NCBI GenBank assembly: GCA_965205215.1
Contig: OZ242041.1
Span: 736,001 to 800,000 of the forward strand
Direction of reading: 5' to 3'
Length of the DNA stretch: 64,000 nucleotides
Origin: Nitrosopumilus sp.
GTDB taxonomy: Archaea > Thermoproteota > Nitrososphaeria > Nitrososphaerales > Nitrosopumilaceae
The position numbers and the translations under genes are program-made. The notes beneath the pieces were generated by a model. The model worked only from the letters and a program-made list of their open reading frames with translations. It made no database searches and was not told where the DNA came from. Shown one piece after another: positions 1 to 10,287 of this stretch (positions are counted from its first letter, which is position 1; each line of letters starts with the position of its first letter).

Positions 1-1860
1 ATGGGACGCATGGCCGCCGCCGCATCATCCTCCCCACGCGCGCCGCGCGACCCGGCCGATGCCACCAGCCTTGTCATAGCGGCCGCCATGGGGGACGAGC
101 CGGCCGACACCATACTTGAAAACTGCTCCATATACTCTGTGTACACCGGCGAGATCCTGCACGACATGCAGATCTCCATATACGGCGACCGCATCTCGTA
201 CGTGGGGCACGACGCGTCCCACACCAGGGGTCCCCGCACCGCCACCGTCGATCTGGGCGGCAGGCGCGTCGCGCCCGGGTACGCGGACCCGCACACCCAC
301 ATCGACCAGTTCGTAATGCCCGCGGAGTTCGCCAAGGAGGCGCTGCTGTGCGGCGTCACCTCGCTTTTCTCGGATCCCATAGACGTGGTAAGCGTGGCCG
401 GGCACAGGGGCTTTGAGGAGTTCCTGCGCGCGGGGCGCGGCCTGCCGATCCGCATATTCCAGACCGTGCCGGGCGGCCTGCCAGTCGATCCCAGGTTCAG
501 CAGGCGCGGCAGTGGCGCCATGCATGCAAGGCAGGGCGCGGCCGTGCGCCGCAACCCGGACGTGCTCGGGATGGGCGAGGTGTTCTCGTGGACAAAGGTG
601 ACCGAGCGGGACCCCCGGACCATGCGCTCCATATCTGACATGACGCAGCAGCACTGCATCATAAACGGGCACACGGCGGGCGCCTCCGGGAAAAAGCTGG
701 CCGCGTACGTCGCGTCGGGCATAATATCGTGCCACGAGCCGATAAACTTTGATCAGGCAATAGAGCGGCTGCGGCTCGGGATGTGGGTGATGATACGCGA
801 GGGCTCCATACGCCGCGACCTTGAGGGGATCGTCAGGGAGGTCATATCGCACGGGCCCTACCTTGAGAGGCTGATGTTCTGCTCCGACGGGCTTGATCCT
901 GCAGCAATCAGGGAGTTCGGGCACATAGACCACTGCGTCAGGGAGGCAGTCCGGCTCGGCATACGCCCGGTCGACGCAGTTACAATGGCGACAAGAAACG
1001 TGTTTGACTACTATATGATGGGCCGCGATCTCGGCGGCATCGCCCCGGGCAGGCTTGCGGACATACTAGTGATGAGAAAGGGCGACCACTCCTCGTTCCG
1101 GCCGGAGACCGTGATGGTCGGCGGCAGGACGGTGGTCTCAAAGGGCCGCCTTGCCGTGGACGTCCCCACAAGGAGGACGCCGACATGGATACGGCGCACC
1201 GTGAGGACCCCCAGGCTCTCGGCGTCGGACTTTGCGGTGCGCGCAAGGAGTGGCCGCGCCGCGTCGGCCAACACCATCGTGCTGAAGACTGAGATCATAA
1301 CGGGGTTGGGCACGGCCCCGGTCGTATATGACGGCGACGGGCGGGTCGTGCCGCACCCGGACGCGGCAGACGTGTGGAAGGTGGCCGCCTTTGACCGCGT
1401 ACGCGGCGGCGGTGGTGGTGGTGGTGGCACCAGGGGCAGGCGCTCCGTGGGGTTCCTGGAGGGGCTCGGCGGGGACGTCGGGGCGTTTGCAAGCACATGG
1501 AGCTTTCATGAGAACGACATGATCGTCATAGGATCAAACGACGCGGATATGGCGGCGGCCGCAAACCACCTGACGAGAAGCAACGGCGGGGTGGCAGTGT
1601 CGCGCAACGGCAGGATTGTCGCGTCCATGCCCCTGCAGTTTGCGGGGATAGTGTCCACCGCCCCCTTTGATACCGTGCTCGAGCAGTTTGAGCAGGTAAA
1701 CGGCGCGATGTCCGACGCGGGGTGCCGGTTTGAGAGGCCCGTGCTGGTGCCCCTCTTCTTGCCGTTTCTGGCGCTGCCCCTGGTCAGGATGACGTCCGGC
1801 GGCATGGTGCACGTCACGGAGGGCAGGCGCATTGATCCCCTCCGTTATGGCGACGCGTAG
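1..1860 (+). CDS. ade: Adenine deaminase
   Basis: Amidohydrolase motifs DPHTHID, GMGEV, NGH, SCHE, MIREGS, CSDG; C-terminal adenine deaminase domain (FASTWSFHENDMIVIG, PFLALP). Start is at the window edge and may be slightly downstream. Confidence 0.9.
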   Translation: MGRMAAAASSSPRAPRDPADATSLVIAAAMGDEPADTILENCSIYSVYTGEILHDMQISIYGDRISYVGHDASHTRGPRTATVDLGGRRVAPGYADPHTHIDQFVMPAEFAKEALLCGVTSLFSDPIDVVSVAGHRGFEEFLRAGRGLPIRIFQTVPGGLPVDPRFSRRGSGAMHARQGAAVRRNPDVLGMGEVFSWTKVTERDPRTMRSISDMTQQHCIINGHTAGASGKKLAAYVASGIISCHEPINFDQAIERLRLGMWVMIREGSIRRDLEGIVREVISHGPYLERLMFCSDGLDPAAIREFGHIDHCVREAVRLGIRPVDAVTMATRNVFDYYMMGRDLGGIAPGRLADILVMRKGDHSSFRPETVMVGGRTVVSKGRLAVDVPTRRTPTWIRRTVRTPRLSASDFAVRARSGRAASANTIVLKTEIITGLGTAPVVYDGDGRVVPHPDAADVWKVAAFDRVRGGGGGGGGTRGRRSVGFLEGLGGDVGAFASTWSFHENDMIVIGSNDADMAAAANHLTRSNGGVAVSRNGRIVASMPLQFAGIVSTAPFDTVLEQFEQVNGAMSDAGCRFERPVLVPLFLPFLALPLVRMTSGGMVHVTEGRRIDPLRYGDA

Positions 1861-1935
1861 CGCGGCGGGCATTACGAGGGGGGATGCCACCAAGTAATAT
1901 TAAAAAAGGGGACTTCTTGCATCCGGATCCGAAGC

Positions 1936-3567
1936 ATGGCATCTATACAGCAGGGCCCAAACGGACCGGTACTCGTACTAAAGGAGAGCGCCCTCCAGCA
2001 AAAGGGCCGCGACGCCCAGCAGAACAACATTACGGCGGCAAAGCTGGTCGCGGACCTGGTGAAGAGCAGCCTGGGCCCCAGGGGCCTGGACAAGATGCTG
2101 GTCGACTCGCTCGGGGACGTCACGATTACAAACGACGGCGCCACGATACTAAAGGAGATAGACGTGCAGCATCCGGCCGCCAAGATGATAGTGGAGATAT
2201 CAAAGACCGTGGACAACGAGGTGGGGGACGGCACCACGTCCTCCGTGGTGTTCGCGGGCGCGCTTTTGGCCGCGGCCGAGGATCTGCTCAAAAAGGACGT
2301 CCACTCCTCGACCATCGTGGAGGGCTTCCAGGAGGCAGCCGAGAAGACCTTGGAGGTATACGGCCAGGTGTCCGAGAAGATCAGCCCCGGCGACAGGGCC
2401 GAGCTGCTAAAGGTTGCAAAGACCAGCATGGAGTCCAAGCTGATATCCGAGGACAGCGAGGAGCTTGCAGGCGTGGTGGTCGACGCCGTGCTGAGCGTGG
2501 CCGCAAAGGCAAAGGACGGCAGCACTACAGTTGATCTGGACAACATAAAGGTGGAGAAAAAGGCCGGCGGCTCCATACACGACACCCAGATTGTAAAGGG
2601 GATCGTGCTTGACAAGGAGATCGTCCACAGCGGAATGCCCTCAAAGGTCGAGGGCGCAAAGATAGCCCTGGTGGACACGGCGCTTGAGATTGAAAAGACC
2701 GAGATGAGCTCGGAGATCAGGATAACCGATCCTGCCCAGATGCAGATGTTCCTGGAGGAGGAGAACCGCATGCTAAAGGAGATGATTGAGAAGATAAAGC
2801 AGGCGGGCGCCAGCGTGGTGATCTGCCAAAAGGGCATTGACGATATCGCCCAGCACTATCTGGCAAAGCACGGCATGATGGCGGTCCGGCGCGTAAAGGA
2901 GAGCGACATGACAAAGCTTGCAAAGGCATCAGGCGGGCGGGTCATAAGCAACATCGACGACCTGTCCTCAGGTGATCTGGGCGCGGCCGACGTGGTGCAG
3001 CAGAAAAAGGTCGAGTCGGACAAGTGGGTCTTCATAGAGGGGTGCAAGGACGCGCGCTCCGTGTCCCTGCTGATACGCGGCGGCTCGCAGAGGGTCGTAG
3101 ACGAGGTGGACCGCTCCATACACGACGCCTTGATGGTGACAAAGGACGTGATTGAAAAGCCCGCCATAGTGGCAGGCGGCGGGGCGCCCGAGGCGTACGC
3201 GGCGGCCCAGCTGAAGACGTGGGCCGACAGCTTTGACGGAAGGGAGCAGCTTGCAGTCAAAAAGTTTGCAGAGGCCCTCGAGTCGATACCTCTTACAATA
3301 TCGGAGAACGCGGGGATGGACCCGATAGACACCATGGCCACCCTCAGGGCGCGCCAGGGCCAGGGCAACAAGTGGACCGGGATCGACGCGCGCAACACGG
3401 AGATTGCCGACATGCTAAAGAAGAGCATCGTGGAGCCCGTGGCAGTAAAGGAGCAGATAATAAAGTCCGCGACTGAGGCGGCGTGCATGATACTTAGAAT
3501 CGACGACGTTATCGCCGTGTCCGGGCCTCCGGGCGGCGGCGCCGGCGGCGGACCGCCCCCGATGTAG
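1936..3567 (+). CDS. ths: Thermosome (group II chaperonin) subunit
   Basis: LGPRGLDKML, TITNDGATIL, GDGTTS, MILRIDDVI; Gly/Pro/Met tail. Confidence 0.97.
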   Translation: MASIQQGPNGPVLVLKESALQQKGRDAQQNNITAAKLVADLVKSSLGPRGLDKMLVDSLGDVTITNDGATILKEIDVQHPAAKMIVEISKTVDNEVGDGTTSSVVFAGALLAAAEDLLKKDVHSSTIVEGFQEAAEKTLEVYGQVSEKISPGDRAELLKVAKTSMESKLISEDSEELAGVVVDAVLSVAAKAKDGSTTVDLDNIKVEKKAGGSIHDTQIVKGIVLDKEIVHSGMPSKVEGAKIALVDTALEIEKTEMSSEIRITDPAQMQMFLEEENRMLKEMIEKIKQAGASVVICQKGIDDIAQHYLAKHGMMAVRRVKESDMTKLAKASGGRVISNIDDLSSGDLGAADVVQQKKVESDKWVFIEGCKDARSVSLLIRGGSQRVVDEVDRSIHDALMVTKDVIEKPAIVAGGGAPEAYAAAQLKTWADSFDGREQLAVKKFAEALESIPLTISENAGMDPIDTMATLRARQGQGNKWTGIDARNTEIADMLKKSIVEPVAVKEQIIKSATEAACMILRIDDVIAVSGPPGGGAGGGPPPM

Positions 3568-3726
3568 TGTTTAATGCGCAGATTCCTTGTATTGTCGCCC
3601 GGGATGCGGCTTGCGCCAGGGCAGAATCATTTTTCCAAACGAAAATGTTCGTATGGCCGGTTCCAGCATGTGCGCGCATACCGCATATGGGAAAAATCAT
3701 AACACGCGTCCCGCATACGGTATCAG

Positions 3727-4647
3727 ATGGACCGGTACAGGATAGGCGTGGATCTGGGCGGCACGAAGACCGAGGCGGTGCTGCTTGACGGGCAATCCCG
3801 CATAGCGAGGAGGGAGAGGGTGCCGACCCCGGGCGACTACACCGGGATCGTGGGCGCCATTACGTCGCTGGTCGAGCGCGCGGCCGACGGGCTGCCCGGC
3901 GGCCTCGGCTCCGTGGACGGCATAGGCATCTGCACGCCCGGCACCGAGTACGGCCCCGACAGGCTCATTGCAAACAGCAACACGCCGTCCCTCAGGGACA
4001 GGCCGCTGCGCCGCGACATACGGGAGGCGCTGCGCCGCGACGACGTTGCCATAGAGAACGACGCCAACTGCTTTGCGCTGGCCGAGTCCGTGATGGGCGC
4101 CGGCTCCGGGTACGACGTGGTGTTTGGCGTGATAATGGGGACCGGCGTCGGCGGCGGGATTGTGATCGGCAAGAGGATACACCGCGGCGCAAGCGGCATT
4201 GCCGGGGAGTGGGGGCACCACACGCTTCACGCGGGAGGCAACCGGTGCTACTGCGGCAGGAACGGGTGCGTCGAGACGTACCTGAGCGGGCCCGCGCTAG
4301 AGTCCAGATGGGCCCAGATGACGGGGAGCGCGGCGGGCATGCCGCAGATAGCCACACAGGTCACGCAGGACGGCGGCATCGTAGGTGACGCGCGCGGCCT
4401 GGAGGGTGCGCGCGCGTGGCTTGAGGAGGCAATCGGAAACTTTGGCCTGGCCCTTGCAAACGTGGTCGGCATACTGGACCCGGACGCCATAGTCATGGGA
4501 GGGGGCCTCTCAAACATGGACGTCTGGTATGGCGCGGGCGCAGAGTCCGTCCGGAAGAACGTGTTTTCCAGCCTGGCGTCGGACGTGCCGATACTGAGGA
4601 ACAGGCTGGGCGACTCGGCAGGCGTGATAGGCGCCTGCCTGATATGA
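3727..4647 (+). CDS. ROK family sugar kinase
   Basis: GVDLGGTK, ENDANC, GTGVGGG, AGEWGH, CxCGxxGCxE signature. Confidence 0.92.
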   Translation: MDRYRIGVDLGGTKTEAVLLDGQSRIARRERVPTPGDYTGIVGAITSLVERAADGLPGGLGSVDGIGICTPGTEYGPDRLIANSNTPSLRDRPLRRDIREALRRDDVAIENDANCFALAESVMGAGSGYDVVFGVIMGTGVGGGIVIGKRIHRGASGIAGEWGHHTLHAGGNRCYCGRNGCVETYLSGPALESRWAQMTGSAAGMPQIATQVTQDGGIVGDARGLEGARAWLEEAIGNFGLALANVVGILDPDAIVMGGGLSNMDVWYGAGAESVRKNVFSSLASDVPILRNRLGDSAGVIGACLI

Positions 4648-4765
4648 CGTGTGACGCTGGCACTAACGGCAGCCACAGCAGCACCTGCACCAGCACCAGC
4701 CCTACCGCGCAGCCAAGCAACCATGCTGCCACAAGCAATATCTCATGCAGGCGGCAACGCCCCCC

Positions 4766-5323
4766 ATGAAGCGGCAAGAGGCGGTGATAATGGTCGGCGT
4801 GCCGGGCAGCGGCAAGACCACCTATGCCAGAGAGAGGCTGTCCGGCCACGTCCACGTGTCCCTTGACGCCAATAACCTGGTGCTCACGGGCGCCGACAAG
4901 GTCACGCTGCTGAACAGGTATGAGCGGGAGGAGCCGCTGAATCTCGGGCGGCAACCGTACGGAATGCCCCCCAACCCGGCCGGCAGGAAATATTGCAGCT
5001 CCCTCAGCGAGGAACAGGGCAGCCGCAACAGGAAGCGGGAGTACGTGCAGATGGCCGACGCGCTCAGATCAGGTGGGGACGTCGTGATAGACGACACGAA
5101 CCTCACAGGTACGATACGCTGGCCCTACATACTGATGGCGCGGCAGCACGGGGCCACGGTCACGGCCGTATACTTTACGAACATTGCCTTGGCGCTGGAG
5201 CGCAACCGCGCGCGCACGGGCAGGGCCAGGGTGCCTGACCACGTACTGCGCAGGCAGTGCGGGATGCTTGAGATGCCCCATGCGGAGGAGGGCTTTGACT
5301 GCACGCGCTGGGCCGGCGCATAG
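4766..5323 (+). CDS. AAA_33 / polynucleotide-kinase-like P-loop kinase
   Basis: Walker A GVPGSGKTT, VVIDDTN, ERNxxR lid, PxxEEGFD C-terminus; alternative start 4745. Confidence 0.8.
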   Translation: MKRQEAVIMVGVPGSGKTTYARERLSGHVHVSLDANNLVLTGADKVTLLNRYEREEPLNLGRQPYGMPPNPAGRKYCSSLSEEQGSRNRKREYVQMADALRSGGDVVIDDTNLTGTIRWPYILMARQHGATVTAVYFTNIALALERNRARTGRARVPDHVLRRQCGMLEMPHAEEGFDCTRWAGA

Positions 5324-5400
5324 TTGCCCGCGCATAGTTGCCCGCGCATAGTTGCCCGCGCATAGTTGCCCGCGCATAGTTGCCCGCGCATAGTTGCCCG
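5317..5400 (+). repeat. Perfect tandem repeat, 6 x 14 bp (CGCATAGTTGCCCG)
   Basis: Read directly; first unit contains the TAG stop (5321-5323) of the upstream kinase; no spacers. Confidence 0.95.
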
Positions 5401-5446
5401 CGCGGCGGCCGTTCACGCTTAATAGGCAAGGACTCCACTCCCACGT

Positions 5447-6136
5447 ATGGCCGACACGTTTGAGGAGGAGAACGAGAAGAGGGGCATGATATACCCGGCC
5501 GGGTACAAGCCGCAGGTACCGGCGGGTACGGACAACGCGGCGAGGCCCGATCCCGCGGTCAGAAACCAGCTGCTGAACTCCATACTGCAACAAAAGCCGT
5601 CTCCGGGGGGCGCCGTCCCTGTCGACACGGACCTGTTTGCGGTAATGGCCGCGCGCCGCTCCACGCGAAAGTTTGCAGACCGTCCCGTGGAGCCCGAAAA
5701 GGTCGACAGGATAATAGCTGCCGCCGACACGGCCCCGACTGCGGGAAACTACCAGGGGTTCGAGATATTCTTGGTGCGCGGGCCTGACACAAAACGAAGG
5801 CTGGTGGCCGCGTGCAACAACCAGCCGTACGTGGACGCCCCGCTCGTCCTGGTGTTCTGCAAGAACCCCGCGCGGGTAAAGTTCGACTTTCCGGACTACA
5901 TACTCAGAAAGTTTGCAATACAGGACGCCACGCTGGCCGCGGGTTACTCGCAGCTCGCGGCCCAGGCCCTGGGACTCAGCTCCATATGGATAGGCATGCT
6001 TGACGAGCAGAAGGTGATGGACGCCCTGGGCACCGACCTGGTCCCCTCCTCGGTGCTGTGCGTCGGGTATCCGAGGCAGACAAAGTACCCCAAGCCCAGG
6101 CGAAACCTGTCGGACCTGGTGCACGTGGTGTGGTAG
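5447..6136 (+). CDS. Nitroreductase family protein
   Basis: RRSTRKF, APTAGNYQ, LGLSSIWIG, VGYP motifs. Confidence 0.9.
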   Translation: MADTFEEENEKRGMIYPAGYKPQVPAGTDNAARPDPAVRNQLLNSILQQKPSPGGAVPVDTDLFAVMAARRSTRKFADRPVEPEKVDRIIAAADTAPTAGNYQGFEIFLVRGPDTKRRLVAACNNQPYVDAPLVLVFCKNPARVKFDFPDYILRKFAIQDATLAAGYSQLAAQALGLSSIWIGMLDEQKVMDALGTDLVPSSVLCVGYPRQTKYPKPRRNLSDLVHVVW

Positions 6137-6170
6137 CCGCCGCCCTTGGCTGCCTTGGCTGCCACGACCG

Positions 6171-7703
6171 TCACTGCGGCTCTATGGTCGCCGGCGGCTT
6201 GCTTGATACCGCGTACGAGACCCAGGTCACGTTGTCTATCTCGTTTGTTATGCGGTTGCTCATCTTCTCCAGCAGGTCGTGCGGCAGCCTGGTCCAGTCC
6301 GCCGTCATCGCGTCCGTAGAGCTCACCACCCTTATCATCACGATGTTGCCGTACACCCGCCCGTCGCCCACCACGCCGACTGCCCTGTCGTCCCCGACTG
6401 CCGCGTACGCCTGCCAGACCTCCGAGTAGAGCCCCGCCTGCTGCAGCTCGTCCTCCACTATCTTGCCTGCCACGCGCGCAATCTCGAGCTTTTCTGGCGT
6501 CACCTCGCCCATTATGCGGACCGCCAGCCCGGGCCCCGGAAACGGGTGCCGCATGTAGATGCTCCGGGGCACCCCGAGTATGCGCGCCACCTCCCTGACC
6601 TCGTCCTTGTACAGGTCGCGGAGCGGCTCCAGGACCTCCAGGTCCAGCCACTCTGGCAGGCCCCCGACGTTGTGGTGGGACTTTATGACGGAGGCGGGGC
6701 CCTTTGAGACGCCGCTCTCAATCACGTCCGGGTACAGCGTCCCCTGGGCAAGCCACCTGAACGGGCCGCGGCTCTTTGCAAAGTCGCTGAACACCCTTAC
6801 AAACTCCTCGCCCACTATCTTGCGCTTTGCCTCCGGGTCTGCCACCCCCCTGAGCTTGCCGAGGAATTTTTGCGCCGCGTCCACGGCCTCAAAGTTCATG
6901 CCAAAGTTGTCCCGGAATATGCCCGTAATCTCCCGCGACTCGCCCTCTCGCAGGAGCCCGTTGTCCACGAAGACGCACTTTAGCCTCTCCCCTATGGCCC
7001 TGTGTATGAGGACGGCAGCTACGGTCGAGTCCACGCCCCCGCTGACGCCGCACAGCACGTTTCCCTCGATGTCTGATATCTTGCCGACTGCCTCCTCCAC
7101 GAACTTTGACATCGTCCAGTCCCGGCTTGCCTTGCATACGTTGAGGACAAAGTTCTCCAGTATCCGCGAGCCCTGCTCCGTGTGCGCCACCTCCGGGTGG
7201 AACTGTATCCCGTACACGGGCTGCCCGTCCCTTGAGGCGATCGCGGCGGCCTTGGAGTTCTCCGTGTGGCCTATGACCTCAAAGTTCTGCGGGACCTGCT
7301 CCGCCTCGTCCCCGTGGCTCATCCAGGCCCTGACCGAGCCGCCGATGCCGCCTAGCAGGTCCGCGCCGCCGCCGTCGACTGTGAGGGTGGAGGAGCCGTA
7401 CTCGCGGTTCACGCGCTTTACGCGGCCGCCGTACCTGTGCACTATAAGCTGGTGCCCGTAGCATATGCCGAGTATCGGCAGCCCGGACTCGAACACGGCG
7501 TCCTCCGGGATCGGCGCGTCCCTGTCGCTGACGCTTGCGGGCCCCCCCGACAGTATTATCCCCTTTGGGTCGTGCCGGGCCAGCTCTTCTGCCGTAATGT
7601 CGTACGGGACGAGCTCCGCGTATACCGAGAGGTCCCTGATCCTCCTGCATATGAGGTGGCTGTACTGGGAGCCAAAGTCAAGCACGGTGATCCTGTCAGT
7701 CAC
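6171..7703 (-). CDS. guaA: GMP synthase (glutamine-hydrolysing)
   Basis: DFGSQY, GICYGHQ, QFHPEV, SGGVDS, KSHHNVGGLP, KPPATIE. Confidence 0.97.
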   Translation of the reverse strand: MTDRITVLDFGSQYSHLICRRIRDLSVYAELVPYDITAEELARHDPKGIILSGGPASVSDRDAPIPEDAVFESGLPILGICYGHQLIVHRYGGRVKRVNREYGSSTLTVDGGGADLLGGIGGSVRAWMSHGDEAEQVPQNFEVIGHTENSKAAAIASRDGQPVYGIQFHPEVAHTEQGSRILENFVLNVCKASRDWTMSKFVEEAVGKISDIEGNVLCGVSGGVDSTVAAVLIHRAIGERLKCVFVDNGLLREGESREITGIFRDNFGMNFEAVDAAQKFLGKLRGVADPEAKRKIVGEEFVRVFSDFAKSRGPFRWLAQGTLYPDVIESGVSKGPASVIKSHHNVGGLPEWLDLEVLEPLRDLYKDEVREVARILGVPRSIYMRHPFPGPGLAVRIMGEVTPEKLEIARVAGKIVEDELQQAGLYSEVWQAYAAVGDDRAVGVVGDGRVYGNIVMIRVVSSTDAMTADWTRLPHDLLEKMSNRITNEIDNVTWVSYAVSSKPPATIEPQ

Positions 7704-7709
7704 GGCGCA

Positions 7710-8396
7710 TCATCTGCCCGGCTGCGCCGCGGCCGCGGCCTCCTCTTTCTCGAGCATCCTGGAAAACGACCATCCCGCCGTGCTCAGGATCTCGCTTGCG
7801 CGCCGCTCGTCCCCGTAGTTCTTGATCAGTATGCGCCTGAGGCGCCCCGTCCCGGGGTCGGCGTCTATCTCGTAGCTTATGGATTCGTGCTCCTGCAGCG
7901 AGCCGCTGCGCACCTTTTCGGCGTCGCCCTTCTGCATGCCGCCCAGTATCCTGTCTATGAAGAACGAGCGGAACGGGGGCACGTCCTCGGCCAGGCCCGG
8001 CAGTCCCTCTGCTATCGTGATGCTGATGCGGTCCTGCGTCCGCTGCACGTCGGCCAGGGGCTTGCCCGTGCCGCTGTCGGTGATGACCGCGCCGCTGTCA
8101 GACGGTGGCTCCGGCGCGGCATTATCCGTTGCCGTCGTCGTCGTCGAATCTGCGGCCTCCGCGCCGTCTGCGTTACCAACCTCTGTGTTTGCGCCGTCGT
8201 CGCTGTTGCTGTCGCTGCTGCTGCCGTCACCCAGTAGATCCGCCGCGCTCGTAAAGCTGGATTCCGTGACGATCTTTTCAAGTATCTCGTAATTGCGCTC
8301 AAGCAGCCTGATCTCCTTTTGGTGCGCCTCTATCTTTCCTGCAATTCTCTTCTGTATGGATATGACGTCTTTCATCTCGTCCTCGGAGAGCTTCAT
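7710..8396 (-). CDS. Hypothetical protein (coiled-coil N-terminus, acidic low-complexity linker)
   Basis: Long ORF co-oriented 6 bp upstream of guaA with host-like codon usage. Confidence 0.75.
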   Translation of the reverse strand: MKLSEDEMKDVISIQKRIAGKIEAHQKEIRLLERNYEILEKIVTESSFTSAADLLGDGSSSDSNSDDGANTEVGNADGAEAADSTTTTATDNAAPEPPSDSGAVITDSGTGKPLADVQRTQDRISITIAEGLPGLAEDVPPFRSFFIDRILGGMQKGDAEKVRSGSLQEHESISYEIDADPGTGRLRRILIKNYGDERRASEILSTAGWSFSRMLEKEEAAAAAQPGR

Positions 8397-8499
8397 GGCA
8401 TGAAAGGGGGCCGACGGATATTAAACTCATTCTAGTGCCGCTGCGGCGCGCAGCGTGGTTCCTCTTCCCTCTATTCGCCCGCAGCGCCCGCGCCCGGCG

Positions 8500-9342
8500 T
8501 CACTCCTCCGGGCGCGCGGCCCCCCTGCGGCCCCCCGCGCCGGGCGCCAGAAGCCTGTCCACGCCGCCGTGTGTTATGCTCTCGAACCCCGCTATGCGGC
8601 AGCCGGATGCGGTGTACAGGCGGCGGCCCCGCTTGGGCCGGCCGGCAAGCCACACCTCTAGCAGCTCCCTTGCCTTTAGCAGTTTTTTTGCCTTCGTGGC
8701 ACGGTCGGACGCGGCGGTTCCGGAGTGCCTGCCCACCTCCCCGTCGAGGTCCATGCCAAACAGAATGATCCGGCCCGCGCCAAAGTGGTCGGCCGCAAAC
8801 ACGGCCCTGTCGCCGTCGGTAAACCCGCCCAGGTTCCTGATGCGTCCGACGGGGCCCGCCTGGGTCGTCCCCATGCATGCGCGAAACCTTCTGACGTGGT
8901 GCAGCATGTGCATGTTGTCCCCGTGGGCGTGAGCTATTATGACGGCCCCCCTCTCGGAGGCCTCCGCGTGGCAATCGATGTCGCCGTCCAGGTCGGTTAC
9001 AATGACGTGCGGCATGATGCCGCGGTCCACGAGGGGTTTCACGGCCGTGTCCGCGGCGATCAGGACGGCCGGGCCCGCATGCCTTGCAAGGGTATCAAAC
9101 GACTCGTCAAGGGAGGGCCCCGAGCCGGCCACCAGCACAGTATTTCCCTCGATCAGTTTGCGCAGCGCGGGGTATGCGTCGGGCATGCCCGCCTCATCCA
9201 GCATGCGGTCAAGTGTGCGGGCGCTCTTGTCGTCCCTTGTAGTGTCATACGCAAAGTCGGCCAGTATCGCGTTGTACATGTCCCGCCATGCCGTCGTTGA
9301 TTCCGTTTCCTTCTCCTCCTTCGCCGCCGCCGCGTCGCCCAT
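8500..9342 (-). CDS. mptE: 6-hydroxymethyl-7,8-dihydropterin pyrophosphokinase (MptE family)
   Basis: GSGPSL, IAADTA, VTDLDGD, HAHGDN, GGFTDGDRA; divergent from folP; start reassigned to ATG 9342. Confidence 0.88.
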   Translation of the reverse strand: MGDAAAAKEEKETESTTAWRDMYNAILADFAYDTTRDDKSARTLDRMLDEAGMPDAYPALRKLIEGNTVLVAGSGPSLDESFDTLARHAGPAVLIAADTAVKPLVDRGIMPHVIVTDLDGDIDCHAEASERGAVIIAHAHGDNMHMLHHVRRFRACMGTTQAGPVGRIRNLGGFTDGDRAVFAADHFGAGRIILFGMDLDGEVGRHSGTAASDRATKAKKLLKARELLEVWLAGRPKRGRRLYTASGCRIAGFESITHGGVDRLLAPGAGGRRGAARPEE

Positions 9343-9387
9343 CACAGCATCACATGGTTCAATTATGCCGTGCGTTGATAAACCGTT

Positions 9388-10287
9388 GTGACCAGTGTGA
9401 TCGGGGGCATTCGCGCGGGTCCCGGCAGCCCGGTGCGCGTAATGGGAGTGGTGAACGCCAGCCCGGAGTCGTTCTACGGGGGGTCCGTGTATACCACGAG
9501 GCGCGCCATCAGGGACAGGGCAAAGTCGATAGAGGACGAGGGCGGCCACTACGTGGACGTGGGCGGCATGTCCACCGCGCCATACCTGGAGACCGGGGTC
9601 TCCGAGCGCGAGGAGTCGGACCGCGTCCTCAGGGCGGTGGGCGCCGTACAGGACGGGTGCAACCTGCCCATATCCGTCGACACGTGCAGGGCCGCGGTGG
9701 CAGAAAGGGCGCTGGAGGCGGGGGCCGCCATAGTCAACGACGTGTCCGGACTCAAGTATGACGCGGGGATGGCCGGGACGGCGCGGCGCCACCGCGCGTC
9801 TGTCGTGGTATGCTCGTACGGCGGGCCCGGCAGGCGGGTGACGGCCCCGGCGCGGGACTATGTGCGCGACGCGCGTCGCCTGCTTGCCGAGAGCCTTGAG
9901 ATCGCCTCGAAGGCGGGCATTCCCGCGTCGCGGATAGCGATAGACCCGTCGATAGGATTCTTTCGCAAGAGGGCCGGCGGCCCGCTTTACACCAGGATGG
10001 GATCGACTGACTGGGTGTCGCGGGACGCGGCCGTGCTGGACGGCCTGGCCTCCATCAGGGCCAAAAAGACGATGCCAGTCGTGGTATCCGTGTCAAACAA
10101 GTCGTTTCTGGGCGCAGTCACGGGGCGCGCGGGCGTGGCGGACCGCGCGTACGGGACTGTCGCCGCGGAGGCGGTCGCGGTGATGCGGGGGGCCGACATC
10201 ATCAGGACGCACAACGTGGGGGCCGCCGCGGACGCCGCGTCGGTGGCATCCAGGGTTGTGGGCAGGCGACGCCACGGCCGCCTATGA
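9388..10287 (+). CDS. folP: Dihydropteroate synthase
   Basis: MGVVNASPESF, ISVDT, NDVSG, DPSIGF, SVSNKSF, IIRTHNV. Confidence 0.93.
   Translation: MTSVIGGIRAGPGSPVRVMGVVNASPESFYGGSVYTTRRAIRDRAKSIEDEGGHYVDVGGMSTAPYLETGVSEREESDRVLRAVGAVQDGCNLPISVDTCRAAVAERALEAGAAIVNDVSGLKYDAGMAGTARRHRASVVVCSYGGPGRRVTAPARDYVRDARRLLAESLEIASKAGIPASRIAIDPSIGFFRKRAGGPLYTRMGSTDWVSRDAAVLDGLASIRAKKTMPVVVSVSNKSFLGAVTGRAGVADRAYGTVAAEAVAVMRGADIIRTHNVGAAADAASVASRVVGRRRHGRL

Noticed and set aside
5317-5400. CRISPR array
   Set aside because: Units are 14 bp, contiguous and without spacers; no cas genes in the window
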